This document shows, piece by piece, positions 9,232 to 20,316 of a DNA stretch of 64,000 nucleotides (its first letter is position 1; every line of letters begins with the position of its first letter). The stretch is from an uncultured Lachnospiraceae bacterium (lineage in GTDB: Bacteria; Bacillota; Clostridia; TANB77; CAG-508). Location of the stretch: contig CAMEHU010000003.1 of assembly GCA_945917765.1 (NCBI GenBank), positions 8,719-72,718 on the forward strand. The letters are read 5' to 3'. The position numbers and the translations under genes were made by a program. The notes under the pieces were generated by a model that saw nothing but the letters and a program-made list of their open reading frames with translations, did not search any database and was not told where the DNA came from.

Positions 9232-9340
9232 CAATTGGGGACGCGTCCCGACTGTGCATTTTGCACAATCTGGGACATATCCTCCAATATGATATGTCCC
9301 CAACTGTGCAAATTGCACAGCAGGGACGCGTCCCCAATTG
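9232..9340. repeat. 109-bp nested palindromic element, AATTGGGGACG family, copy B
   Basis: caattggggacgcgtcccgactgtgcattttgcacaatctgggacatatcc...gatatgtccccaactgtgcaaattgcacagcagggacgcgtccccaattg. It has the same length as copy A and about 85% identity to it. It lies 1 nt after the ligA stop and 20 nt before the next start codon. Confidence 0.9.
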
Positions 9341-9341
9341 A

Positions 9342-11348
<2,007 letters not shown>

Positions 11349-11391
11349 TTATTTTGTAAATTTCAATATAATATTTATAACATTTTTTATA

Positions 11392-11424
11392 TAAAAAAAC
11401 AAGGTATTTTATTATACCTTGTTT
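11392..11424 (-). terminator. rho-independent terminator after pgsA
   Basis: Stem aaacaaggtat / ataccttgttt, followed on the minus strand by a T run. Confidence 0.6.
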
Positions 11425-11433
11425 GAATATTTT

Positions 11434-12036
11434 TTATTTTTCTTTAAATAAATCTTTTCCATGTTTTATATAATCCCAACCAGAAAAAATTGTTGCAAAT
11501 ACAGAAACTGTCATTAGTATTGTTGCACTAATATTTAATACTAGAGAAAAACCTTCTAACCCACCTTTTATAAATGCTCCATATGCATTCATATCAACTA
11601 TAGCTAAAATTAGTGCACACATTTGAGTAACTGTTTTTAATTTTCCCCAAATTGAAGCTGCAATTACATTTCCATTATTTCCTACAGCTACTAATCTATA
11701 TCCAGAAACTAAAAATTCTCTAAATAAAACTATAATTGGAATCCATGCAGGTAATCTATTTGCTTCAACTAACATAATCATTGCAGCTAAAACTAAAATC
11801 TTATCAGCAATTGGGTCTAAAAATTTTCCAAAAGTAGTAATTTGATTTCTAGAACGAGCTATATATCCATCTAATTTATCAGTAATAGATGCTATTATAA
11901 ATATTACTTCAACAACTATCCATGTTAATGATACCATTGAGTTTGTATAGATTTTATCTAATCCTAAAAAAGGTATTATAACCATTAATGGAACTAGTAA
12001 AATCCTAAAAATTGTTAATTTATTTGGTAAATTCAT
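11434..12036 (-). CDS. pgsA: CDP-diacylglycerol--glycerol-3-phosphate 3-phosphatidyltransferase
   Basis: CDP-alcohol phosphatidyltransferase motif DKLDGYIARSRNQITTFGKFLDPIADK. Start set at MNLPNKL behind a GGAGG RBS. Confidence 0.88.
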   Translation of the reverse strand: MNLPNKLTIFRILLVPLMVIIPFLGLDKIYTNSMVSLTWIVVEVIFIIASITDKLDGYIARSRNQITTFGKFLDPIADKILVLAAMIMLVEANRLPAWIPIIVLFREFLVSGYRLVAVGNNGNVIAASIWGKLKTVTQMCALILAIVDMNAYGAFIKGGLEGFSLVLNISATILMTVSVFATIFSGWDYIKHGKDLFKEK

Positions 12037-12098
12037 ATTTCCTCCTACCACATTTCATATGTATTATTTTTTATATTACTAATTTTTTCTTTTAGATT

Positions 12099-15044
12099 TT
12101 ACAATACTTGTTGTATATTAATTTGATTTTCCTCTTGTTTTTTTTCTATGCTTTCATTTTCTTTACTTTCTTCAAGTTTATTAGTTTCTTCAGTTTCCTC
12201 TACTTTATCAGATTCATCAGTTTTACCATCCTGATTTTCGATTCCTTCTTGTATCCCTTTTTGAATTTCTCTAGGTAACTCTTTAACTCTATCCGTTAAA
12301 CTTTCTTTATCGCTATTTCTTGCTGTAGAATTCTGCTTTTTGCTTTGCTCTTCATTATAAACTTTTTCTAATTGTTTTATTAAATCTTGTAATCTTTCCA
12401 TATCTTTACCAACCATTTCCCAATCACCATTTGCAGTAGATTGTTCAAGGTTTTTATTAGCTTTAATAATTAATTCAATTAAACCTTCTACATCATCTGT
12501 ATTTTGAATTTCAATACCAATAGCATTTTGTGAAACAAGATTTGATAAAGCCGATTTAAAACTATCACCAATAGCTACTTTATTACCTGAAGCAACAACA
12601 ACCTTCTTAAGAGTTGGTAATGCTGTTTCTTCATTTATATACTGTTGATAAATTGCCTCTATATATAATAGTTTGTTATCTATTGGTACAACTAGCATAT
12701 TTTTTGTAAGCTTAGTTCCTGATACATTTAAACTTGCGATTTCTTTATAAATTTCTGCATTTTGCTCTATTTGAGTATCTAATTGTAATAAGCCTAAAAT
12801 ATTACTATCATCAGGGAAAGTATATAATTTAAGTTTTGGTTCACCATTTTCATAAGTTCCTACTAAATAAGATGTAATATTTTGTTTTCCACTTATTGTA
12901 TATGGTATTACTAAACCTAATTTATTTTGTGAATCATCAACTGTTTTTAGCATAGTATAATAACTTTCAATAGGTGCAACAGAATTATTAGATGAATTAG
13001 ATACACTATGCATTGCAATATCCCACACATCATCAGTTCTATATAATACATCAGCTTGTACGCTATGATATCTTTTTAGCATATTTGCTTGTATATTGTA
13101 TAAATACTTTGGATAAATAAAGTGCTTACTTATATCTTCAGGAATTTCTTCGTCTAAATCTACAAATAAATTCTTATATGCTTTTCTATATGCCATAACA
13201 ATTGGGTCTGTTCTATCTGTTATATAAAACTTAGTTGTTCCGTCATATGCATCAACTAAAACCTTTACAGAATTACGTATATAATTTATATCTTTATTTT
13301 TTATATTACTTTTTTGAGCATACGGATAACTATTTGAAGTTGTATATGCATCTATAACCCATACCATTTTTCCATCATCTGTAATAACCAAATATGGATT
13401 TTCATCATATTCTAAATATGGCATTATTTTTTTCGCTCTTTTAATAATATTTCTATTAATTAAAATTTTACTATCTGATGTAACATTTGATGAAAACGCT
13501 AATTTTGTATCACCTTGTGAAATTGCTAAAATTGTTCTGTCAAAAAATCCTAATTTTAAACCTGCTTTTCCATTATATTGGTTTGTTATATTTGAACCAT
13601 CAACAACAGGATAATCAAACTCTTCTTTATTAGAACTATTTGTTACAATTGTTTCATTTGTTTGTAATCCAAAATATATTCTAGGCTCTGTAATATTTAA
13701 ATCATTATCTGCAAAACCTTTTTGATAGTTTTCTAAATTTCCTGTGACATTTGTTGTAGAAACTGGTGTTGCAATTGCTCCAAATCCGTGTGTATATTGA
13801 TATGTAGAATTATTATAAGAATTATCTTTACTTATAATTTCACGAGGTGTTAAATATAGAACTGTATCTTCGCCTTTAAGATTGTATTGACCTATTACAC
13901 TTGAATTATAATTGTAATACCCTTTATTGGTTAATGTTCCATTTAAATTTTGTAAAACCAATTCTTTATTAATAATAGAAATATTGTTTAATAATTTAGC
14001 ATTCTTTAAAATATCATCATTTTCAATTCCACCAGCATTTTCTACAATTGCCTGGTCTATTCCAATATTATAACTTTGTCTTGTACTTTCAATATTATAA
14101 TTTATATAATTTTTTTGCTTATCAAACTCATTTGAATTAATAAACATTGCATTATAGCCTATTAATGTAATTACCAATAGACATAAATATACTGGAACAG
14201 TTAAAATTGAACTAATAACTTTTTTTGTTTTACCTTTATTATATGCTGAAATTGCCATAAAAACTGATACTATTATTAATATAGATAATAATCTATATCC
14301 CCATAATTTAATACTAACATCAGCAAGTCCAGCACCATATAATGAATATGTATTTTTATCACCAACACTTAAAAACTTGCTTGAACATAAATCTTCTGTT
14401 TTAAAAAATGTTAAAATTGCAAGTAATATAGATAAAACTTTAGCATTATTTAAAAGTTGTTTTACAATTTTACTCTTTTTTAAAGTTTCACTTCTTACTC
14501 CATCAAATTGCGTATTTAGTGCAACTATATAATATGCACCTGCATACACAGTTAATGCTACTATCGTAATAATTCCAAACCATATAATGTATTCTAAAAA
14601 TGGTTTTTGGAATAAATAATATCCTATATCATGATGAAATATTTGATCTTGAATTTCAAACTTAGTACTATTCACAAACAAAATCAATTTGTTCATTGTT
14701 AATCCTGATGTTACCAAACTAACAATTGTTGAAACTATTAATGAAATAGATTTATTAGGCAATTTCGGCATCGCCTTTTTTTCATCATCAAAAAATTCTT
14801 TTAAACCTGAAGAAATTCTTTTATTTGTTATATACATTGCTGTAAAAATAAATATAAAAGTTACCACTAATGAAATTGTTTTATATTGAAAATTTGTCCA
14901 AAAAACTGATACATATTGTTCACCTATTTCTAATTTTTCCAAATAAGCACTTCTAAACATTATAAATAAGCCTACTGATATTACAACTAAAAATAGTAAA
15001 ACTACAAACATCCTCTTTTTACTTTTTTTCATTATTACAACCAC
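12099..15044 (-). CDS. UPF0182 family large membrane protein
   Basis: 981 aa with an N-terminal multi-TM region, a large extracytoplasmic domain and a charged C-terminal tail. The layout and segments such as LYIEAIYQQ match UPF0182. Confidence 0.7.
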   Translation of the reverse strand: MVVIMKKSKKRMFVVLLFLVVISVGLFIMFRSAYLEKLEIGEQYVSVFWTNFQYKTISLVVTFIFIFTAMYITNKRISSGLKEFFDDEKKAMPKLPNKSISLIVSTIVSLVTSGLTMNKLILFVNSTKFEIQDQIFHHDIGYYLFQKPFLEYIIWFGIITIVALTVYAGAYYIVALNTQFDGVRSETLKKSKIVKQLLNNAKVLSILLAILTFFKTEDLCSSKFLSVGDKNTYSLYGAGLADVSIKLWGYRLLSILIIVSVFMAISAYNKGKTKKVISSILTVPVYLCLLVITLIGYNAMFINSNEFDKQKNYINYNIESTRQSYNIGIDQAIVENAGGIENDDILKNAKLLNNISIINKELVLQNLNGTLTNKGYYNYNSSVIGQYNLKGEDTVLYLTPREIISKDNSYNNSTYQYTHGFGAIATPVSTTNVTGNLENYQKGFADNDLNITEPRIYFGLQTNETIVTNSSNKEEFDYPVVDGSNITNQYNGKAGLKLGFFDRTILAISQGDTKLAFSSNVTSDSKILINRNIIKRAKKIMPYLEYDENPYLVITDDGKMVWVIDAYTTSNSYPYAQKSNIKNKDINYIRNSVKVLVDAYDGTTKFYITDRTDPIVMAYRKAYKNLFVDLDEEIPEDISKHFIYPKYLYNIQANMLKRYHSVQADVLYRTDDVWDIAMHSVSNSSNNSVAPIESYYTMLKTVDDSQNKLGLVIPYTISGKQNITSYLVGTYENGEPKLKLYTFPDDSNILGLLQLDTQIEQNAEIYKEIASLNVSGTKLTKNMLVVPIDNKLLYIEAIYQQYINEETALPTLKKVVVASGNKVAIGDSFKSALSNLVSQNAIGIEIQNTDDVEGLIELIIKANKNLEQSTANGDWEMVGKDMERLQDLIKQLEKVYNEEQSKKQNSTARNSDKESLTDRVKELPREIQKGIQEGIENQDGKTDESDKVEETEETNKLEESKENESIEKKQEENQINIQQVL

Positions 15045-15056
15045 TAACCTTTCATT

Positions 15057-15962
15057 TTAAATCAAAGCTTCAACAAATTCACTACTATTAAATTTTTCCA
15101 TATCGTCAATTTGTTCACCGACACCAACAAATTTAATTGGCATATTATTTTCAGAAACTATTCCAATAACAGCTCCACCTTTGGCTGTTCCATCTAATTT
15201 TGTTAAAATTAATCCATTAATATCTACAGTTTCTTTAAAAGCTTTTACTTGTAAAATTGCATTTTGTCCTGTTGTTGCATCTAATACCATTAATACTTCT
15301 TGTGAGCAATTTGGTAATTCTCTATCAATTACTTTCTTTATTTTAATTAACTCATCCATAAGATATTTTTTATTATGTAATCTTCCTGCAGTATCACAAA
15401 TTAAAACATCTGCATTTCTTTCTTTTGTAATTTTTATTGCATCAAATACAACAGATGCAGGGTCAGAACCTTCTTTTCTTCTAACCATTTCACATCCTGC
15501 TCTATCAGCCCATATTTCTAGTTGTTCAACAGCTGCTGCTCTAAAAGTATCTGCAGCTGCAATAACAACTTTTTTTCCATCCTTTTTTAATCTATTTGCA
15601 ATTTTTCCTATTGAAGTTGTTTTCCCTACACCATTAACACCCACAACTAAAATAACAGCTGGTGTTGTTTCTAAATTTAATGATGAATCAACAGAGTCTA
15701 ATATATTTTTTATAATATCTTTTAAAGCCTTTTTAACCTCTTCAGCATCTTCTATTTTTTCTTTTTTTACTTTATCCCTTAACTCAGAAATTATTTTCTC
15801 AGATGTTTCCATTCCAACATCTGACATTATTAATGCTTCTTCTAATTCCTCTAACAATTCTTCATCTACTTTTCTAAAAGTACTAAATACATTATTAATT
15901 TTTTCATTTATAGATGTTTTTGTCTTACTAAGACCATTTTTTAATTTATCAAAAAATCCCAT
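15057..15962 (-). CDS. ftsY: signal recognition particle receptor FtsY
   Basis: SRP GTPase motifs GVNGVGKTT, DTAGRL and TKLDG. Confidence 0.95.
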   Translation of the reverse strand: MGFFDKLKNGLSKTKTSINEKINNVFSTFRKVDEELLEELEEALIMSDVGMETSEKIISELRDKVKKEKIEDAEEVKKALKDIIKNILDSVDSSLNLETTPAVILVVGVNGVGKTTSIGKIANRLKKDGKKVVIAAADTFRAAAVEQLEIWADRAGCEMVRRKEGSDPASVVFDAIKITKERNADVLICDTAGRLHNKKYLMDELIKIKKVIDRELPNCSQEVLMVLDATTGQNAILQVKAFKETVDINGLILTKLDGTAKGGAVIGIVSENNMPIKFVGVGEQIDDMEKFNSSEFVEALI

Positions 15963-16085
15963 TTTAAGTCCTCCATTTTTTGTTATTGTATATTCAAATT
16001 ATACTATAACTAAGTATTTAATGCAAGTAATTTTAGTTTGCATTTGCATTATTTGTTATTAATTACCTATATTTTTATCTTAATC

Positions 16086-16117
16086 AAAAAAAAGAGATTG
16101 GCAATAGCCAACCTCTT
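16086..16117 (-). terminator. rho-independent terminator after the 79-aa ORF
   Basis: Minus-strand gaggttggctattgccaatctc hairpin followed by T8. Confidence 0.55.
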
Positions 16118-16135
16118 CGTTGTGATTGAAGAAAA

Positions 16136-16375
16136 CTAAGAATAATACCTAAAATTGATTGCGTATTTTTCCTCGTCAAATTTAAGATTAATACCACGTC
16201 TTTTTGCTTCTGACACAATGTCATTCTTATGCACCTTAATTTTCTCCCAGCGATTTTCTTCATCTATCCATACCCCTATTAAAGTCCGTGGTCTATTTAC
16301 CCCCACTCGCTCCTTAAGTATGTCTTTCAAAAGAAACTCACCATCATTCACAACATCTTTTACAAAGTCTTTCAT
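16136..16375 (-). CDS. hypothetical small protein (79 aa)
   Basis: ORF with a downstream terminator. No family recognised. Contains an in-frame CGG ACT (16288..16283) that is read through. Confidence 0.4.
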   Translation of the reverse strand: MKDFVKDVVNDGEFLLKDILKERVGVNRPRTLIGVWIDEENRWEKIKVHKNDIVSEAKRRGINLKFDEEKYAINFRYYS

Positions 16376-16520
16376 AATTCAGACCTCCTTAAAAAGTATA
16401 GGTGTTTGTGAATGATTTTATAATATCATATCTTTGTATATTTTTCAATGTTTTTTTTACTGATTTTTATTTTTTTACTTGCCTAATCAACATATTCATT
16501 TAAATTTTTAATTCTAAAAT

Positions 16521-16852
16521 TCAATTAACAGTCCATTCATTTTTATCAAACTCATGAGATGTAACATGAAGTCCCAATTTTTCTGCAAGCCATCCATTAA
16601 CATTCCACATACATGTTGTAATAGCATTTATTCCTAATTCAGCACATATTGTTAATGCACCCTCTACATCTTTTATTAAGCTCATTGTTGTGATTTTTCT
16701 GTGCCCATTATTTCACCAATATCTTTTCCAATAACAGCTGGATTAATATCAAATGCTGATACTATTTCAGCTCCTTTTTCATACACATATCTCATTGTGT
16801 ATACAGACATTTTGCCTGTTCCAAATTGTGCAACTTTTACTTTTCTTTCCAT
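16521..16852 (-). pseudogene. remnant of a DapB-like / NAD(P)-dependent amine dehydrogenase-family gene
   Basis: A good RBS precedes [50 protein letters not shown], which then hits a stop. A second frame continues SLIKDVEGALTICAELGINAITTCMWNVNGW.... Total length is far shorter than intact homologues (about 330-350 aa). Confidence 0.5.
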
Positions 16853-16946
16853 TTTTAATTCCTCCTCGTTTGTATTTTTTACAATTTTGTTGTATTTATT
16901 CTTACCACTTTTACATATTGCTTACTTTAGCAATTTCATTTTTCTT

Positions 16947-17760
16947 TTACCTTTGAATATCTTCTTGTCTTTGGTTATTCTTAATTTGTTTATTATCTCT
17001 ATCTCCCTCCTTAACTTGCAAAATATCATCTTTTTCTATTTTACTTCCTAAATTATCTACTTTATATTGTTTCATTTTTTCACCTTTATCTTCATACTCT
17101 TTTTGTAAAAAACCATATTTTTCATTTAATTCATCATATTTTCTTTCCTTATCCTTATTAAATGGCAATAATTTTCTAAAAAAACTCATAACCTTACTGT
17201 CTCTTACCTTTATCATCATTCTACTTTTTTCGTACTCAGAGTATTCTTGTGTTTTTGTTATATATGATGTACCTACATTAATACCATCATCAACACTTTT
17301 CTGTATTTCTTCTCTACTTAATTTATTTAGTGTTTTAAGTGATTCATACAATCTGCTAGCTTTTGTATTAAGTTCTACTTCATTTTCTTTACATTCAATT
17401 CCTTTTTTCATTTTATAAAACATTTCGCAACAATTATAATTAGATGCAAAAAAGGATACTGATCTTAATTGTTCGTCTTCACGCACTGGTCCGTCCATCT
17501 CCTAGATGTCTTGCGCCAGAATATACTTTAATATTTTGCATGTCTTGTATCTGACCTAATATATTTTTTATAAATGGCATAGAATTGTCATCAACAATTA
17601 TTCCTAAATACGGCTCACTAGCAACATTCTTATGTCCACCACATGATGCAAATGTTTTTATACTATTTTTTCTACAACTACATAATAATTCAAATAAATA
17701 TTTATTTCCTTCTGACCATTTTTGATAATTTTTGATTTCGTCTTCTGTTAATTCTAACAT
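16947..17760 (-). pseudogene. hypothetical gene split by a 1-nt frameshift at about 17489-17492
   Basis: Start MLELTEDEIKNYQKW sits behind a GGAGG RBS at 17760. The upstream frame ends ...GDG RTSA*, and the 16947..17498 ORF continues in the +1 frame without its own usable RBS. The junction reads GAT GGA C GGA CCA. Confidence 0.4.
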
Positions 17761-17860
17761 ATAATTCCTCCTGTAATACGTTATTTGGATTAATTGTATC
17801 ATAGGCAAAAATAAATTTCTACAATTTCGTGGAAATTTATTTTTATGAAATCGTATGCTA

Positions 17861-17889
17861 TTGCTTTTATTTACATAATATGGTATAAT
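17861..17889 (+). promoter_or_regulatory. sigma-A promoter of module copy 1
   Basis: TTGCTT-N17-TATAAT with a TGg extended -10. Confidence 0.55.
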
Positions 17890-18105
17890 ATATGCTATGA
17901 AAACTCGCAATACTCCTATGTTTTCAATTCGAACATCCACCCATTTAGTAAAAATAATTTTTAAGGAGAGATTAAGTTATGAAAGAAAGAAAAATTTGTG
18001 GCAAACGTTTTGTACCCTACCATCTGACGCCAACATGGTTTGCTGGAATCTGCCGTTCAAATCCAAATTCTGACTCTTTTACTTCAGAGTTAATTTCGGA
18101 GAAAA
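17861..18105 (+). repeat. duplicated promoter + leader + N-terminal coding module, copy 1
   Basis: About 80-85% identical by eye to 32777..33010. It spans the promoter, the ~83-nt leader, the RBS and the first ~42 codons (MKERK..RFVPY.LTP.WF...C..NPNS.SFTSELISEK). Confidence 0.85.
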
Positions 18106-18725
18106 CCGAAACGCATGTAGAACATGAGCTTATTGGTTATAACGACGTCGTGGAATACATGATGTGCAACGACGGAGAATATCCACCAGCCGATGTTCCA
18201 TGTCATGGTGAAACCGAGCCAGTAAATATAACTGAAACCACATTCCGTATGCATGAAAATGTTGCAGATTTGGTGAAAACATTCTGTCTCAAATCCAACA
18301 ATTTCAAAGCATTTTGCAGTTTTCTTGTTTCAAGTGGAATTGATCTTACAACTGAATTTACCGGTGTTAGAAAGTTCACAAGAATCAGTGAGATTTCTGC
18401 AAAACATATTCCGAAAAATATGTTTGTTTTTCCTAGCAGTGTTAAAGTTAATAAACCCAGATTTTGGTTATCCTCAGCTCACGCATATCATGACGAAAAC
18501 AACTATACTTGCCGTTTAATACTGGTTCAGCCAAACAGAAAAAAGCATGAATTCTTAATTTATACAGTCAAAAGAGGTTCTGAACAAAAATCTGACAATT
18601 TCTTTACAACTGCGTTCAGTGGTATAAATCGGGAAAAACGTAAACTTTTTATTGCAGAAACATGTTTAGTTAAAGATGTCTTTGTTACCGGCACAGATTA
18701 CAAATTTTTTATTTTGGCGATCTAA
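17979..18725 (+). CDS. hypothetical protein (248 aa) with the conserved module N-terminus
   Basis: RBS aaggagag, an ORF with visibly higher GC than its surroundings, and a strong terminator. No family recognised. Confidence 0.6.
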   Translation: MKERKICGKRFVPYHLTPTWFAGICRSNPNSDSFTSELISEKTETHVEHELIGYNDVVEYMMCNDGEYPPADVPCHGETEPVNITETTFRMHENVADLVKTFCLKSNNFKAFCSFLVSSGIDLTTEFTGVRKFTRISEISAKHIPKNMFVFPSSVKVNKPRFWLSSAHAYHDENNYTCRLILVQPNRKKHEFLIYTVKRGSEQKSDNFFTTAFSGINREKRKLFIAETCLVKDVFVTGTDYKFFILAI

Positions 18726-18735
18726 CCATAACTTA

Positions 18736-18769
18736 AAGCGTACAAGTTCTTTGCTTGTACGCTTTTTTC
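18736..18769 (+). terminator. rho-independent terminator
   Basis: agcgtacaag-ttctttg-cttgtacgct followed by TTTTTT. Confidence 0.75.
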
Positions 18770-18850
18770 TCATATTATATTCAGATACAGCTGGTTCATT
18801 CACTATCTTTTTTGTTTCTTCGTAAAATGCATTTAAAATCTATAAAGCAT

Positions 18851-18880
18851 AACGAAGCAAGCTGTAAAGCTTGCTTCGTT
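18851..18880 (-). terminator. 12-bp stem hairpin downstream of the lectin gene (no clear U tract)
   Basis: aacgaagcaagc-tgtaaa-gcttgcttcgtt. Confidence 0.4.
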
Positions 18881-18928
18881 ACTTTTACTAAAAATGGAAT
18901 AATTATATTTCCATTCTGGGTTTAACAA

Positions 18929-20095
18929 TTATTCAAAAGTGTAAATCCAGCTTCCGGAAGAATTTTTAGGTGATGTCAGCTGGCTAGTGCTATCCCATAC
19001 AGAATACTCATGCCTTTCATTTGCAACAATATTAGTATAACTACCCCAAGCCGTTGTTCCATTATTAAGCGGTCCATATGCATACTGACTATTAAATGTT
19101 ACATAAGTCTTTCTTATAATGCAGTTTACAGAACCATTGGTTCTTCCCTGTCTTGCCGCTGCGACAAAATTATTATATTCTTCACCTGATTTATCAGTCA
19201 AAGAGAACAAAATCTGTGCAGTTCCTATTATGATGCCTACACCAGGTACTTCCCAACCAGCTTTTTTCAGTACAGCTCCAACAGCTTCTTCCGTTGCCTC
19301 CCCCTTTAACAAATCACCAAGCTGCTTTAAGGTAGAAGGATCCATACCTTTCTCGCATATAATGTCTAATACAGTATTAGCATCCATATATTCGACTTTA
19401 ACAAGATATGTCTTGCCTGTTACTGGTACTTCTGTCAATCCGTTTTTTGTTGTGAAATTATATCCGCTTAAATTATGAACGTTACCAAGTGCTGGAACCC
19501 ACTGGGTTTGTATTTGAGATGTTGTCATATTCCATGAAGCACTATAAACATCTTCATTACACAGTTTTTTTAATTCGAATTTCTGTGCTGTAGTTCCATT
19601 AGGCTCATACTGGATTACCTTAGTTCCATTTGCAGTTTCGTTTCCAGAAACATCCATGTATTTACCAGAATTTCTGTTTTTGAATGATACTGTTCCGTCT
19701 CCATTGTTAATGATTGACCACTGTTGACATGCAATATTTGCATAATCCCACTGAGCCACAGGTGCTCCATCATCTGTACGAGAATCTCTTACCTCAATAA
19801 CCTTACGAGAATTGTAGGCAATGATTTTCCAATAATCCCCTACAGGTGTCAGATAAAATACTTGGTTCTGATGATACGGAAACTTGTCCCAGATTTGTAA
19901 CCTAGCACCATTTTCTTTGCTTTCATCTGTTACATCTAGGTACTTTCCGCTGCCCACACCTTTAATAATGTAGTAACCCGTGGAAACGGTTGAATCAGCA
20001 GCATTAGCATGCATCAACGTTGTTGGTGGTATGCAAAAGCAAAGTGCCATGCATACAACTAAAAATAAGGATACAGTCCGTTTGATTGTGTTCAT
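18929..20095 (-). CDS. secreted ricin-type beta-trefoil lectin fused to an unrecognised C-terminal domain
   Basis: Signal peptide MNTIKRTVSLFLVVCMALCFCIPPTTLMHANA. Beta-trefoil repeats are visible (GKYLDV...NGARLQIWD...QNQVFYL; QQWSIINNGDGTVSFKNRNSGKYMDV...NGTKVIQYE...AQKFEL). The remaining ~200 aa are of unknown type. Confidence 0.7.
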   Translation of the reverse strand: MNTIKRTVSLFLVVCMALCFCIPPTTLMHANAADSTVSTGYYIIKGVGSGKYLDVTDESKENGARLQIWDKFPYHQNQVFYLTPVGDYWKIIAYNSRKVIEVRDSRTDDGAPVAQWDYANIACQQWSIINNGDGTVSFKNRNSGKYMDVSGNETANGTKVIQYEPNGTTAQKFELKKLCNEDVYSASWNMTTSQIQTQWVPALGNVHNLSGYNFTTKNGLTEVPVTGKTYLVKVEYMDANTVLDIICEKGMDPSTLKQLGDLLKGEATEEAVGAVLKKAGWEVPGVGIIIGTAQILFSLTDKSGEEYNNFVAAARQGRTNGSVNCIIRKTYVTFNSQYAYGPLNNGTTAWGSYTNIVANERHEYSVWDSTSQLTSPKNSSGSWIYTFE

Positions 20096-20316
20096 AAAAC
20101 ACCCTCCTAAAAAATGATAGACTATTGGTGGATATTCGGATGAAATAACTGGATTATATTACCCCCTTTGAATTAATTTGTTAATATTAATATTAAAATT
20201 AACATAATTTTTGTATATCATATTTTTAATAAACAGTCAAGTAATTATGTAATTTTTTATTTACAAAACATTCAAACTATGCTATTATATACATATATTC
20301 AAAAGGAGGACTTTAT

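Noticed and set aside
15181-16062. 293-aa plus-strand ORF antisense to ftsY. Similar long antisense ORFs occur at 3266..3595, 10666..11001, 22721..23269 and 60857..61414.
   Set aside because: These are Ser/Phe/Ile-rich low-complexity translations that mirror well-supported minus-strand genes. They show no start signals and no recognisable motifs.
17896-17978. Small upstream ORF in the conserved leader of the duplicated module (ATGAAAACTCGC...).
   Set aside because: The two copies differ by indels, which puts the putative uORF in different frames with unrelated peptides. Conservation is therefore at the nucleotide level, not the peptide level.
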